Assembly (NCBI GenBank): GCA_030141605.1
Contig: JAQGDQ010000473.1
Coordinates: 111,027-175,026, forward strand
Direction of reading: 5' to 3'
Length of the DNA: 64,000 nucleotides
DNA from: Tubiluchus corallicola
Lineage: Eukaryota; Animalia; Priapulida
Made by a program: the position numbers and the translations under genes. Below are positions 1-13,100 of the stretch, in pieces; position 1 is the first letter of the stretch; each line of letters begins with the position of its first letter. The notes below the pieces were generated by a model. It did not search any database. It was not told the DNA's origin and saw nothing but the letters and a program-made list of their open reading frames with translations.

Positions 1-1190
1 CTTTGGCATAAGTCTCAAGTTAAGTCCCAGGTCTTTGGCATAAGTCTCAAGTTAAGTCCCAGGTCTTTGGCATAAGTCTCAAGTTAAGTCCCAGGTCTTT
101 GGCATAAGTGTCAAGTTAAGTCCCAGGTCTTTGGCATAAGTCTCAAGTTAAGTCCCAGGTCTTTGGCATAAGTCTCAAGTTAAGTCCCAGGTCTTTGGCA
201 TAAGTCTCAAGTTAAGTCCCACGTCTTTGGCATAAGTCTCAAGTTAAGTCCCATGTCTTTGGCATAAGTCTCAAGTTAAGTCCCAGGTCTTTGGCATAAG
301 TGCCAAGTTAAGTCCTAGGTCTTTGGCATAAGTGTCAAGTTAAGTCCCAGGTCTTTGGCATAAGTCTCAAGTTAAGTCCCAGGTCTTTTGCATAAGTCTC
401 AAGTTAGGTCCTAGGTCTTTGGCATAAGTCTCAAGTTAAGTCCCAGGTCTTTGGCATAAGTCTCAAGTTAAGTCCTAGGTCTTTGGCATAAGTCTCAAGT
501 CAAGTACTAGGTCTTTGGCATAAGTCTGAAGTGAAGTCCCAGGTCTTTTGCATAAGTCTCAAGTTAAGTCCCAGGTCTTTGGCATAAGTCTCAAGTTAAG
601 TCCCAGGTCTTTGGCATAAGTCTCAAGTCAAGTACTAGGTCTTTGGCATAAGTCTCAAGTTAAGTCCTAGGTCTTTGGCATAAGTCTCAAGTTAAGTCCT
701 AGGTCTTTGGCATAAGTCTCAACTTAAGTCCCAGGTCTTTGGCATAAGTCTCAAGTTAAGTCCTAGGTCTTTGGCATAAGTCTCAAGTTAAGTCCTAGGT
801 CGTTGGCATAAGTCTCAAGTTAAGTACTAGGTCTTTGGCATAAGTCTCAAGTTAAGTCCTAGGTCTTTGGTATAAGTCTCAAGTTAAGTCCCAGGTCCTT
901 GGCATAAGTCTCAAGTTAAGTCCCAGGTCGTTGGCATAAGTCTCAAGTTAAGTCCTAGGTCTTTGGCATAAGTCTCAAGTTAAGTCCTAGGTCGTTGGCA
1001 TAAGTCTCAAGTTAAGTCCTAGTCCTTGGCATAAGTCTCAAATCAAGTACTAGGTCTTTGGTATAAGTCTCAACTTAAGTCCCAGGTCCTTGGCATAAGT
1101 CTCAAGTTAAGTCCTAGGTCGTTGGCATAAGTCTCAAGTTAAGTCCTAGTCCTTAGCATTAGTCTCAAGTCAAGTACTAGGTCTTTGGCT
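1..1190. repeat. 32-bp minisatellite, about 37 copies, in a PDCL3 intron (truncated by window start)
   Basis: Unit CTTTGGCATAAGTCTCAAGTTAAGTCCCAGGT repeats with period 32 (positions 1, 33, ...). Confidence 0.97.
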
Positions 1191-1241
1191 AAGCTAAAAT
1201 AAGCTGTTTGCATAAATTTATTAGGTAGGTGCTGTTTATTA

Positions 1242-2046
1242 CAGTCACAGTTAATAGAATCGGTCGCGTAATTGACTCAAAAACACCTGGAAAAGGAATG
1301 CTAGTGTATATAAAAACTGTTGATAATTGACTCAATATTTTTACTTAACATACTTAAAATAAGACACTTGTGTGTGCCCAAAAAGCTTTTACTGCTTTTA
1401 TGTCATCTTTACGTCGATTTTGTGCACAATAACATACGTAGAAACAGTCATGTTAAGTACAGCTTTGTTTGTAAGCAGGTACAGTATGTTTATCATATGC
1501 ACTAATATATTGTCATAGCAGTTTTGCTTTGAATCTGTCAGCCGCTTGTCCACTGCAATTAACCTCATTGTTTCTGAAAGCTAAACATTTAATCACTTGA
1601 CCAGCGGTTTGCTTTTGAAGTTCCCGCTGCTTTTCACAGGGGAAACAAGGTCATCACCAACTGCAGCTCAAGCACAAAGTGACTAGGTGTTTTTGTGAAT
1701 ATGTACAGTATACAGCAAGAGTTTTCAATGTTTTTATCATTATGAGAATTTCATAAACCAACTTCTTCGTGAAGAAATGAAACAACCGACCTTGCATGAA
1801 TTTTTGTAATTTTTAAGGTAATAATCAGATTTTTTTCTTTTTTATTAATTCACTTACATACATTATGCTTCGTAAATAGTTGCAAATCATTTTGACATTA
1901 ATTCATTTCAAAAATTCATTAAAAGCCTTTGCAGTGCATACTAAGATGATGACTCGTACTTAGACTAAATCCTTCAGCTAATTGACTCAGTCAGTTAATT
2001 GGGTCAAAACACTTCCCAAAGTGAGTCTATCAAGTGGCGCCGCCTG
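1242..2046. mobile_element. Non-autonomous TIR element, pogo/Tigger-like MITE, copy 1
   Basis: Shares internal blocks (TTGACTCAAT, AAAATAAGACACTTG, CATGTTAAGTAC) with 10957-11722. Its right end GTGAGTCTATCAAGTGGCGCCGCCTG-TA is an inverted match to the left end of copy 2. Confidence 0.65.
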
Positions 2047-2061
2047 TATTATAATACTTAC

Positions 2062-5000
2062 CCAGGCTTATATAAATGTAAAACAACCCAGATTCCATTT
2101 CCAGCTTTATTGACATGAGTAACGTAATCTTCTGCACTGATCTCTCTCACGTCACCAAATTTAGACTTTTCGGCGAGCTTCTTTAATTCTTCTAGACGCT
2201 GTTGCCTGAAATACATGAAGGATACTACACGTATACATATTATACTACTTGCATACATCTTATTACAAATGAAAGTTTTAACATGTATAGCAAAATCAAA
2301 ACCACGAACGTCATTTGTTAGAAGAAAAATGCACTACAAAGAAAATTCTAAAATAAGTAAAATATTTTGTTTTTTGTCTGTTTTTATTTGCTGTGATGCA
2401 AAATTACTGATAAAAACTAAAGGATGTTTTATACTATAGAACCTCAAACTTGACGTAGTGGCTTATATTAGAAAAATTAATGTGTTACAATTCTTTCGAT
2501 TTAACTATCCTTAACGATTAATATTTAAAGATCATAATGATTCATTAAAATAAAGAAATTTTATTTTGTAGATATTTTGTTGCCTATATTTTATAAATTA
2601 TAAAATTAAAAATGATTTTGCTCAAAAAAATTCAAACGTGGTTTGATATTTCGTTTGAATAGACCTGGAGACCATAAAACTTCACAGTGGTCAGCACTGA
2701 CGATATGCTGCACTGCTGTGAAAAATATGTCACAAACTGTTATGTGTCAACGAAATTTGCACTTTGTTTGAACTATTTTAGCCAAGATTTTTCAGCAGTT
2801 TTTGACATCTAAAAGAAATGAAAAGGTAAATTGGATAAATACTAGTAAAAAAACCTCTGAAAAATGCCACTGAAAATTATCCGAAATTTCCACGACAAAA
2901 CTTAACAAATTCCGCCGAAACCGAAACTCAAACGAAAGCGCAATTATCGGCAAATTGAACCGAGAATTTCATTTCGGTAACATCCCTGCATACGTAACAC
3001 CTGTCCATCTCTTACCTGTACAAGCATAACACCTTTCATCCACTTACCTGTACAAGCATAACACCTGTTCATCCACTTACCTGTACAAGCATAACACCTG
3101 TTCATCCACTTACCTGTACAAGCATAACACCTGTTCATCCACTTACCTATACAAGCATAACACCTGTTCATCCACTTACCTGTACAAGCATAACACCTGT
3201 TCATCCACTTACCTGTACAACCATAACACCTGTTCATCCACTTACCTGTACAAGCATAACACCTGTTCATCCACTTACCTGTACAAGCATAACACCTGTT
3301 CATCCACTTACCTGTACAAGCATAACACCTGTTCATCCACTTACCTGTACAAGCATAACACCTGTTCATCCACTTACCTGTACAAGCATAACACCTGTTC
3401 ATCCACTTACCTGTACAAGCATAACACCCGTTCATCCACTTACCTGTACAAGCATAACACCTGTTCATCTACTTACCTGTACAAGCATAACACCTGTTCA
3501 TCCACTTACCTGTACAAGCATAACACCTGTTCATCCACTTACCTGTACAAGCATAACACCTGTTCATCCACTTACCTGTACAAGCATAACACCCGTTCAT
3601 CCACTTACCTGTACAAGCATAACACCCGTTCATCCACTTACCTGTACAAGCATAACACCCGTTCATCCACTTACCTGTACAAGCATAACACCCGTTCATC
3701 CACTTACCTGTACAAGCATAACACCTGTTCATCCACTTACCTGTACAAGCATAACACCTGTTCATCCACTTACCTGTACAAGCATAACACCTGTTCATCC
3801 ACTTACCTGTACAAGCATAACACCTGTTCATCCACTTACCTGTACATGCATAACACCTGTTCATCCACTTACCTGTACAAGCATAACACCTGTTCATCCA
3901 CTTACCTGTACAAGCATAACACCTGTTCATCCACTTACCTGTACAAGCATAACACCCGTTCATCCACTTACCTGTACAAGCATAACACCCGTTCATCCAC
4001 CTACCTGTACAAGCATAACACCCGTTCATCCACTTACCTGTACATGCATAACACCTGTTCATCCACTTACCTGTACAAGCATAACACCTGTTCATCCACT
4101 TACCTGTACAACCATAACACCTGTTCATCCACGTACCTGTACAAGCATAACACCTGTTCATCCACTTACCTGTACAAGCATAACACCCGTTCATCCACTT
4201 ACCTGTACATGCATAACACCTGTTCATCCACTTACCTATACAAGCATAACACCTGTTCATCCACTTACCTGTACAAGCATAACACCTGTTCATCCACGTA
4301 CCTGTACAAGCATAACACCTGTTCATCCACTTACCTGTACAAGCATAACACCTGTTCATCCACTTACCTGTACAAGCATAACACCTGTTCATCCACTTAC
4401 CTATACAAGCATAACACCTGTTCATCCACTTACCTGTAAAAGCATAACACCTGTTCATCCACTTACCTATACAAGCATAACACCTGTTCATCCACTTACC
4501 TGTACAACCATAACACCTGTTCATCCACGTACCTGTACAAGCATAACACCTGTTCATCCACTTACCTGTACATGTGTAACACCCGTTCATCTTCTTCATC
4601 TTCCAACTCATCAAGTTCATCCAAATTTAGATCTTCTAGCTGTTTCCCTGGAACAATTCAACGTTTTATCAGCAAAGAGTAAAGACAGCAGAGTATTAAT
4701 GGCAAACTTATGAAATCCTTTGAGTTTTTGACAATTTCAGTAATGCTAGCAGAAGACTAAGCAAAAGCAATCGAGCACTGTAGTGCTGTCTTTCTAACTA
4801 AATTTCTGAATAAGAATTACATTTGCAAAGCTACCAAGTGAAATCAATGCAAACAAATCATGCTAAGCAACAATCAATTCAATATGCCATTGTCATTTGT
4901 CCAAGGGGTGGAGTCAATTCACAGAAAAGTGCAAGTTCACTTTGAAGTTATATTCACCATAGCACATTATTTCATAGACGTCTAAGAAATTCAATGGCTT

Positions 5001-8000
5001 TGTGTCTTTGTTTACAAATTTCTTTTGCTCAGAATGTCACTCTTTAAACCACTTTTTATAACCTTTAACTTTGAAAAAAATGACATACTATTAACAAATA
5101 ATAGTCTTTCTATCTTTTATATCATCCCATATATGAGCTTCATTCATTACATCATTCCATTTTAAGCACTAATGTTTTTTTTATCACGATTCTTTTTAAA
5201 TTTTCAGATTATCTCCATTACTTTTTTTTCTATCACTGTGTGGGACAATCTAACAAGCCCTGCTTTTTTATTGCCCGCAACACATTTACCTTCGTGTATA
5301 AGTGAACAGTGTTTGAGGCTTTTCCTGTGCAGTATTTCTTATTTGTATTATATCCATTGTAGGCCATTTCACTAGATACTGTACATGAAACTAATGTAAA
5401 TGTGTAAGGTGAAATAAATGACTTATGACTAAACAAATAAATAATGCAAAAATAATAGATTTTCTCTTCGAAAGCTTGGTTACAGCAACAATGGCATTAC
5501 TTTATATCATTCGAACAATATAGTTATAGGACGAGAAAAAAGGTAGTACCCGCAGCACGTTTCAGAAAAAATCGCCTTTAAAAATTATATTACTTTACAT
5601 CGATTTTATGCATATATCGTATTCACATTAAAAGCAATCATTGTTTGTTTATATTTTAAATCTCCCGCAGTTGTCTTCCGACGGCACCATTACGTGATGT
5701 CACCAGGCAAACATAAATCAGGCGAAGAAAAGAGAATGTTAAATTATGTCCCAAAAAACTTTCCATGCAAACTTATTGACCAGATATAGTAATTCAAAAT
5801 TTCACTTAGTTAGTAACATGTGTGCTACGAATGTTCTGATTATTTTTTCAAGCTTTACGCAATATTTTCTAAACTTGTTTCAAAAGACCTACCATCAAAA
5901 TGGCTGCGCCTAACGGCAATTGTTGAGTTTAAATTTACATGTTTTATACAGCGTTATTGAAGACGCAAGCCCTGCATGCAAAAAGGCAGTATGTAAGTGG
6001 TATAAAATTTTGAGGCAAATTTTTTAAGCTTTATGTTAGTGGAGGATTTTCTTGTGCTTTAGGACAGGATCACATCAGCGCGATCGCAGAGAGGATGAGG
6101 GACAGACCAGGGTGCAGAGAGATAGTTTAAGAGGTCAACGTAGGACGATGCATATAATTTTACGTTATCTAACTGGCTGCTTTTGCATTTAATAGGAACT
6201 AATTAAATCTGAATCCCATAACCATAGAGAAATTGAAGGAAGCACATCCGGGAATGGGTTCACCGAACTATCTGGTCCCGAAGTAAACAACAAAAACCAT
6301 GGTAGATATGCTAGATAAAAAAATCAACATATACAATACTTCAGGAATCACTCGGTCATCACTGAAATTGACCAGTGGTCAATTAACCACTATGACCACA
6401 ACTCGCAACGCTTAACAGTGGAAACTTTATCCAGCAAAAGCTTTATTCTATGTCACTGAAGCACAACATGCTATTTATTGAAATTTTTAAGTGCTACTGT
6501 GTCACAGTTCATTTAACAAGCTTAGCTGAGATGTGCCTTGCATAACATCTCACTCCTACACCGTGCGATCCTACCATCTCACTCCTACACCGTGCCATCC
6601 TACGATCTCACTCCTACACCGTGCCATCCTACCATCTCACTCCTACACCGTGCCATCCTACCATCTCACTCCTACACCGTGCCATCCTACCATCTCACTC
6701 CTACACCGTGCCATCCTGCCATCTCACTCCTACACCGTGCCAACCTATACCATCTCACTCCTACACCGTGCCAACCTATACCATCTCACTCCTACACCGT
6801 GCCATCCTACCATCTCACTCCTACACCGTGCCATCCTACCATCTCACTCCTACACCGTGCCATCCTACCATCTCACTCCTACACCGTGCCATCCTACCAT
6901 CTCACTCCTACACCGTGCCATCCTACCATCTCACTCCTACACCGTGCCATCCTACCATCTCACTCCTACACCGTGCCATCCTACCATCTCACTCCTACAC
7001 CGTGCCATCCTAGACCATCCAGACCTGACATCCTTTCATCTCATTAGTTTCCTTTCATTAGTGTTTCCACCGGGTACCCGGGTACATACAGGCATGGTTT
7101 AGTACCTGAGCCTAATATTTCTACCCGGGACAATGAAAATGCAGACAATGTTATTAATAGGATATCCATTGTTTAAGGATTCATTTAAAATTTAAATATG
7201 GTTTTCTCCATACTGTAGAACAGTTACCTACTAGCAGACTGCTAACAGCTGCGTTGGTACATGGCCAGAGACAGCCTGACCTCTAACAAATTAAACTGGT
7301 TCAAAGTTAGTAAATTATTTCTCGTTATTATTTTGACTACTGTATACCAGTATATGCCAGCATTAGCAAACCAGCAGCAATTGCAACTTTATCAGTTGCA
7401 AGTGCATAGCAGATCAAACAATTTTTGATGAAGGCTGACCTATGAAACTTTACTGAAAACAAACTGTATTTTTTTGCAAAAAGGTCGATTGTTCAAAAGA
7501 AATGTTTTATAGATATTTAACAAGCTTTCAGGCCACTAGAAAAGATACCAACAAAAGATTGTTAAACGACGCACAAAAACCACAATAGATTATTATAATC
7601 TCTACACTGTAGCTGATTCGTTGATAAAGTGAAATACAGGTAATTTAGAAGTCTCGGAGATAAGGCAGTGCGGCAGCAAAACACTAACTTTTGTGACTCA
7701 TAGCTCGTGTATTCAGGGCCTAAACCCGCAATAATCAAATGTTTATTGTTAAAATAACACTACAGTTAGTCAAAATGCACCAGTGGCTGTTTTTGTTTGC
7801 GAATATGAATGATACAATCTTTTCACTGCCACGGAATCTTAACGATTGGGTACCCGACAGGTATAAGGAAAATAGGAAAAGGAGTCTGGTTTTTGCTACC
7901 CATGTAAACTTTACCATTTACTCTTATAAAATACCTGTATTAGCTTTTTCTTCTACAGTCGCATCTACCAACTTAATAATTTGGTCTTCAGATAGCTCGG

Positions 8001-8217
8001 CTTCCGGTTTTGCAGGAATAATACCCTTTGCACGAAGAACGTCATTCCATTCTGTATCTCGATTCGGATCCTAAATTATGATAAAAAACAAAACAATTTT
8101 ACGAACACTACATGGTTACATCAAATTGATATTAAATGAAAAGATGATAAACAATTAATAATTGACCAAATCCGACGATTAATTTAATAACAAACACAAA
8201 TCGAACCTTACTTGCAT
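2062..8217 (-). CDS. PDCL3: Phosducin-like protein 3 (PhLP2/VIAF), 5' part; coding exons 8212-8217, 7935-8070, 4566-4647, 2062-2205; continues beyond window start
   Basis: Spliced translation MQ|[45 protein letters not shown]|[27 protein letters not shown]|[49 protein letters not shown]. All introns are GT-AG with consistent phases. DTEWND and FG-V-EIS-DYV-V motifs are typical of the PDCL2/3 family. Confidence 0.93.
2985..4592 (-). repeat. 33-bp minisatellite, about 48 copies, made of the PDCL3 exon 3 end plus its 5' splice site
   Basis: Sense unit GGATGAACAGGTGTTATGCTTGTACAG/GTAAGT versus real junction AGATGAACGGGTGTTACACATGTACAG/GTAAGT at 4566/4565. Confidence 0.95.
5528..6058. mobile_element. 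Non-autonomous DNA transposon, Kolobok-like, copy 1
   Basis: Colinear similarity to 33221-33897; short terminal inverted repeats AGGAC(G/A)AGAAAA ... TTTTCTTGTGCT. Family label inferred from TTAA-like flanks. Confidence 0.55.
6546..7012. repeat. 29-bp minisatellite, about 16 copies, PDCL3 intron 2
   Basis: Unit CCATCTCACTCCTACACCGTGCCATCCTA; explains the three overlapping repetitive ORFs at 6533-7102. Confidence 0.95.
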
Positions 8218-9204
8218 GTTTTTCGTAAAACTTGTCTTCTGCAAGGAATAGTTTTTTAAAAGATACCGAGAACACAGCACTAAGGCTTTATGAATTGCGG
8301 ATAATATTTAGTACTAGCAGAGACCAGAGGACTGCGCTCTAACTAGCACTACAAGTTAAACAAATGATTTGGTTCGTAACGCTCACTAGTATGACACGTA
8401 AATTCCAAATTTTACTGTGCTCAACTGTCAAACTGGAGATTGTACGGGTAATTTAAGCAGTATCAAGGCATACAGTGGAAAAAGCCGACGAATGGGCCTG
8501 AAACACGTGAAATTTGAGCTAAGCACAGATTTAGAGAAAACGCGTGCCCCTAGACGCACCATATAAATCTATACTATCACTAGACAACAAAATACATCAA
8601 TAGTCATGATCAACAAGGCCATGGCTACAGCTTGTCATTTGTAGTAGTAACCACAAATTTACCAGTTTAACAAATTAATTAAAATAAAGACAAAAGTAAT
8701 GTATTTACAATTACTTTTAAGTAATAAATAAAACCATAATAACAGTTATTTGCATTTAATTGATGAATATTTACAATATAAAGTTTTATAAGAAAATATT
8801 ATAAATGATTAAGATTAAGGTCTGGTCATTGTGCCGTGATCAATAACTATAATGATAAGGAACTTTATGAAATTTCGATAACAATAGACGGGTGAGGCAA
8901 ATAAAGAGATTGTATACTGTGCCTGGCTAACACAGTGAAATTAGATGAAAAACAGTTAGGCGTGCAAGTGGTGGCTGTTTACCCGTACCATTTACCAGCA
9001 GTTAGTACTGCTGTAATTCACAATATTACAGTCACAAGTGCAGCTTACACATGACTAATTAAATTAATATTATAACAATTAATAATGTAGCAGTTTCTTG
9101 AATATTTTGAAAGCTTTTACAAATAAAATACCGTCAACAAGAATACTGTAATACATTTAAATGAAAGTGTAGGATGCTGTTACCTGTAAAATGACCTTGT
9201 TGAT

Positions 9205-9581
9205 CAGTGACGGCTCGTGTACAGGTATTGTGAAACTGCAGCACCCCCTATATTCACTCAATATTATCGATAATATTCAATATAATGTGTTTTTCTTTAG
9301 TTCTTTTTTTATACTTGTACGGAAGCAGAACACAAGAAGGTAGTACTGTTTGTTTCACAACTCAGCACAGTACGCTATTAGTAACCAAAACAATATTTTT
9401 TTGCCTAGGATTTTATCAAGTTTATGTATAAAGTTTCGTATCTTTGTTTGTTTAAAACTACAATTACAGATTACAATATTTGAATTATATATCTTTGTTT
9501 CGTTTTACACAGTATTAAAACAATGGCTAAAAATTTTCTGAAGCAAGCACCTTCAGTAATTCCAGCCACGAGCCGCCACTG
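9205..9581. mobile_element. hAT-like MITE
   Basis: TIRs CAGTGACGGCTCGTG / CACGAGCCGCCACTG; 8-bp TSD TTGTTGAT / TTGTCGAT; related copy near 32480-32840. Confidence 0.8.
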
Positions 9582-9795
9582 TTGTCGATGCTTCTTTGCC
9601 GATTTGAACATTTACAGATAACGTAGATGTTGGCACTTTTAAAACTGTTTGCATTCAAGTTCACTGTACAGAGTATATATGTAATGAAATGATTGCAAAA
9701 ACTTCACACGCACACATAGTAGCAGAAAACAGCAGTTTGTCCAACAGCAAGTGCCTATAATTGTTGCGAGAGCCTCGCAATCTCCCCCCTCTCTA

Positions 9796-9799
<4 letters not shown>

Positions 9800-9851
<52 letters not shown>
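9800..9851. repeat. (CT)n microsatellite
   Basis: About 26 CT units directly visible. Confidence 0.95.
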
Positions 9852-9853
<2 letters not shown>

Positions 9854-10123
9854 ATTTGAGTACCGTAATAAATATCTCCAGTTTGAGTACCGTAATAAAT
9901 ATAAACAAATTATTATTTTCAAAAATAACGTGAAAATTACTAACTCTATGGAGAAAAGAGATTAAATTTTCAATTATATTTAGAACAAAATTTCTTAAAC
10001 TGTGGAACAAGTTACTAGTCATAGATATGAAGTGTGCAACGGTGCGTCCTATGACAAACTTTTGTGACTATAGTAAACAGTTCTGCCTACTGTACTGTAC
10101 ATAATAATATAATCTGGTGAATC

Positions 10124-13100
10124 ATGGACAACGAGCAAAGAAAAGAGCTTATTTCTCAATTTACGTCAATTACAGGTGTACCCGAGGAAAGAGCAACTTT
10201 TTATTTGGAATCTTCAGGATGGATGCTAGAGGTATTAAATGAATGGTTATGATTTTATGATTTTTTTTAATTATGAGTTGCAGCTGTCACCGCCGTACGT
10301 ACCGGTTTCCCTTATCCTTAGCGAAATTGAATAACATTAACTATTTAACTTTAGTAATGCACTAGAATAACCCACGAAAACCTACTTAAGAAAATGCAGT
10401 TAATTGTTTCCAGTGAGATCACAATGCATAATTTTTAACTAGTAGTAGTACATTGTAACAACTACTGAACTAGTCTAACTAGTACTAGTACGTACTTATA
10501 CTTATAGTACTGCTAGTTGGTAGAAGATGTCTGCAGCAGTAATATACATAAACTGCAAAGCGTGGCGAAATATGCTGAAATAAGTATGATAAGTAGTATA
10601 AAGAGCAAACAAATTAGGGAAGAGCTGAATTGAAAGAGAAGTCGTCAATACAGTGATATCTGATCTTGCAAGCTAAGAAGAGTTTGCTCAATTGTTGAAA
10701 GAATGGATCTAGAAGAATCGCAGGAATCACAGCTTACCATTCACCAGTCATTTATTTCCGAGACTCTTATTTGCATGTCGAAGTTCGTAGTGAAGAACTT
10801 GTTTGGGAAGCTTGTCTTCCTCACATATTTTTCCATATGTATTTTAGCAATTTACTAGTGTGGTAACTATCAGCTAACTTTTGGACTTCTGTGAACGTTT
10901 ACACGCGGGTTTTCTGACGTGTGGTAGTTTTCAATTGCTTTCTTTATTTATATATACAGTAGACGCCGCCACGTAATAGACTCACGGTTAATCGCTTTAT
11001 TGACTCAATGCCTGGCACGGGCCGCTTCTATTCAGATGTACATAAAAACTGTAGGTAATTAACTTAAATAACTCCGCTTAATTGACTCAATATTTTTCCT
11101 TCATCTTCTTAAAATAAGACACTTGTTTGTGCCCCAAGAGCCTTTCCTACTTTTATGTCATATTTGCTTAGTTTTTGTGCACTATAATATATGTAACACA
11201 ATCATGTTAAGTACCATTTTGTTTGTAAGCAGGTTCACTCATCATGGCCTATACGGTAGCGCAGTGGATTTGCTTTGAATCTGTTACCCCTCACTGACTG
11301 TAATTAATTTTGTTACCCAAGAATTTCTGGAAGCTAAACACTAGCTAATCACTTGTCTAGTAGTTTTCTTTTTCTTTTAGTTGCAAATCACGCTTTCACG
11401 CTTAATCAGTTAACAATCACAGACACAGATACAGTAACTTTGTGGGCCAACTTCGTCGTGAGAAACTGAAGCAGCCGACTTTGAAAGAATTTTTGTAATT
11501 TTTTCTAGTAAACAAACTTAGAAAAGTCTGTGATTTATGTTATGATTTGTGATATATATATTAAAATTATGCTTTTTAATTTATTGCTATTTCACTTATA
11601 TAAATTAATATTTTAAAATGCTCATACTTTTATACCAGTAATATTACACGCATCGGTTAATATGTTCAGTCGGTTAACTGGGTCAGAACATTTCCGTCCC
11701 AAAGTGACCGAAGCGCCAACTGCATTTACTTTATTCATTATTTTATTTTACCAAATAAAGTTGCTTTAAAAAGATTTACAAAAGCTACATTAGGAGGATA
11801 CATGCCAGAATTTATATGAAGAACTATCTATGTACATGCAATTACACAAACGTGTATTTAAAAATTCATGGTAAGACTACAAAACTGTAGAACAGTAAAC
11901 ATATATACATTTATTATTAAGACATAACTAAGTAATAAATGTATATGAAGATGTTTGCAAAACAAAATTGATATTCTAAGAAATCTAAATGTTTAAAGTG
12001 AATGCGAATATTGCAGCAAATAATCGTTGTATAGCATGTTTAACAGTCTCTAATATTGCAGCATGACTGCCTTTGAACGGAAATTGTTAAAGCTTTGCAA
12101 AATAAAATTTCTTTTGCAGTTGTCGTAACCGTTGTGCTGCTGCTGTTGCTGTTCAATAACAACAGCTGGAAACAGTATCAGGTTGTTGCTACTGTTGTTG
12201 TCGCTGTTGCAGCTGCTGTGCTATCATACAAATGTGGAACATTTACAAGCAATAATAAATGATTTAAACCCAGAAATGTTCAAGTTTACCATTATCATAC
12301 ACTACATAGTTTATTTAAAGTAGTAATAAAAAGTTTTTCACACATACGTAGCGTAAACATATATACAATAGTATTTAAGTAGCTTTACCCTTACATTTTT
12401 ATTGTATGCTGAAAATTGATTGTGATTGTTTATGCAAATATAAAGTCAACTAGTGTAGCTATGGGCAGCAACATTGTCAGTTGAATTAGTAATATAGCAT
12501 TTCTTATGTAGACAGACATTTTCACTGTGTCTTTTGTACTATAGTCAACTTGCAAATCATGGTCATTTATATGCATTTGTTTCCATTTGTCAACTGAATT
12601 CTTACAAATTGATTTCTGTCTATTTGTAAACCTTCAGCATTCTCTTCACAACTTATTTTGGCGTGTAGCACACGGCGCCGAGCTGCATTCGATGTGACAT
12701 CTATATAAATGGTGTCTGTTACTGTAGTCATTAGGTGTTAATTCTCTTTTATTTTCAGGTTGCTATGGCGAGCTTTTACGATTACAATGAAGAATCACGA
12801 GGTGATGATGATGACGACGATGTGGCTGTGATTGAACCTGAAGATCCTGTCAGAGATGAACCACCACAGACCAAGAACCAATCACAGCCAACTGCTAGGT
12901 ACAGTTCTACTGCTAGCCGTGCACATGAGCTTGAGTTGAAATTTCTCGTATTTAGTGCATTTGGACTTGTGGAAAACAAGTCGTAAACAACAGAAAATGC
13001 TGGAAAACTGGCACTTTTATGGTCGTTGTGTGGCATGTTGTAGCTTTTGGTTTGATAGTAAAGTGCAGAGACTGAAATTAACAGAACTAACTGTGAAATT

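Larger units (their letters stand above)
8218..10123. promoter_or_regulatory. Head-to-head interval (5' UTRs and promoters) between PDCL3 and NSFL1C
   Basis: Start codons at 8217 (minus) and 10124 (plus) diverge 1.9 kb apart; transcription starts are not visible. Confidence 0.55.

Noticed and set aside
1-1190. CRISPR-like appearance of 26-47 bp repeats here and elsewhere, including the palindromic unit at 63756
   Set aside because: Units are head-to-tail with no unique spacers, there are no cas genes, and the context is spliceosomal introns.
2944-4620. Long Cys-rich ORFs ([11 protein letters not shown])n resembling a metal-binding repeat protein
   Set aside because: They are an off-frame reading of the 33-bp intronic array; the true PDCL3 frame hits TAA in every unit.
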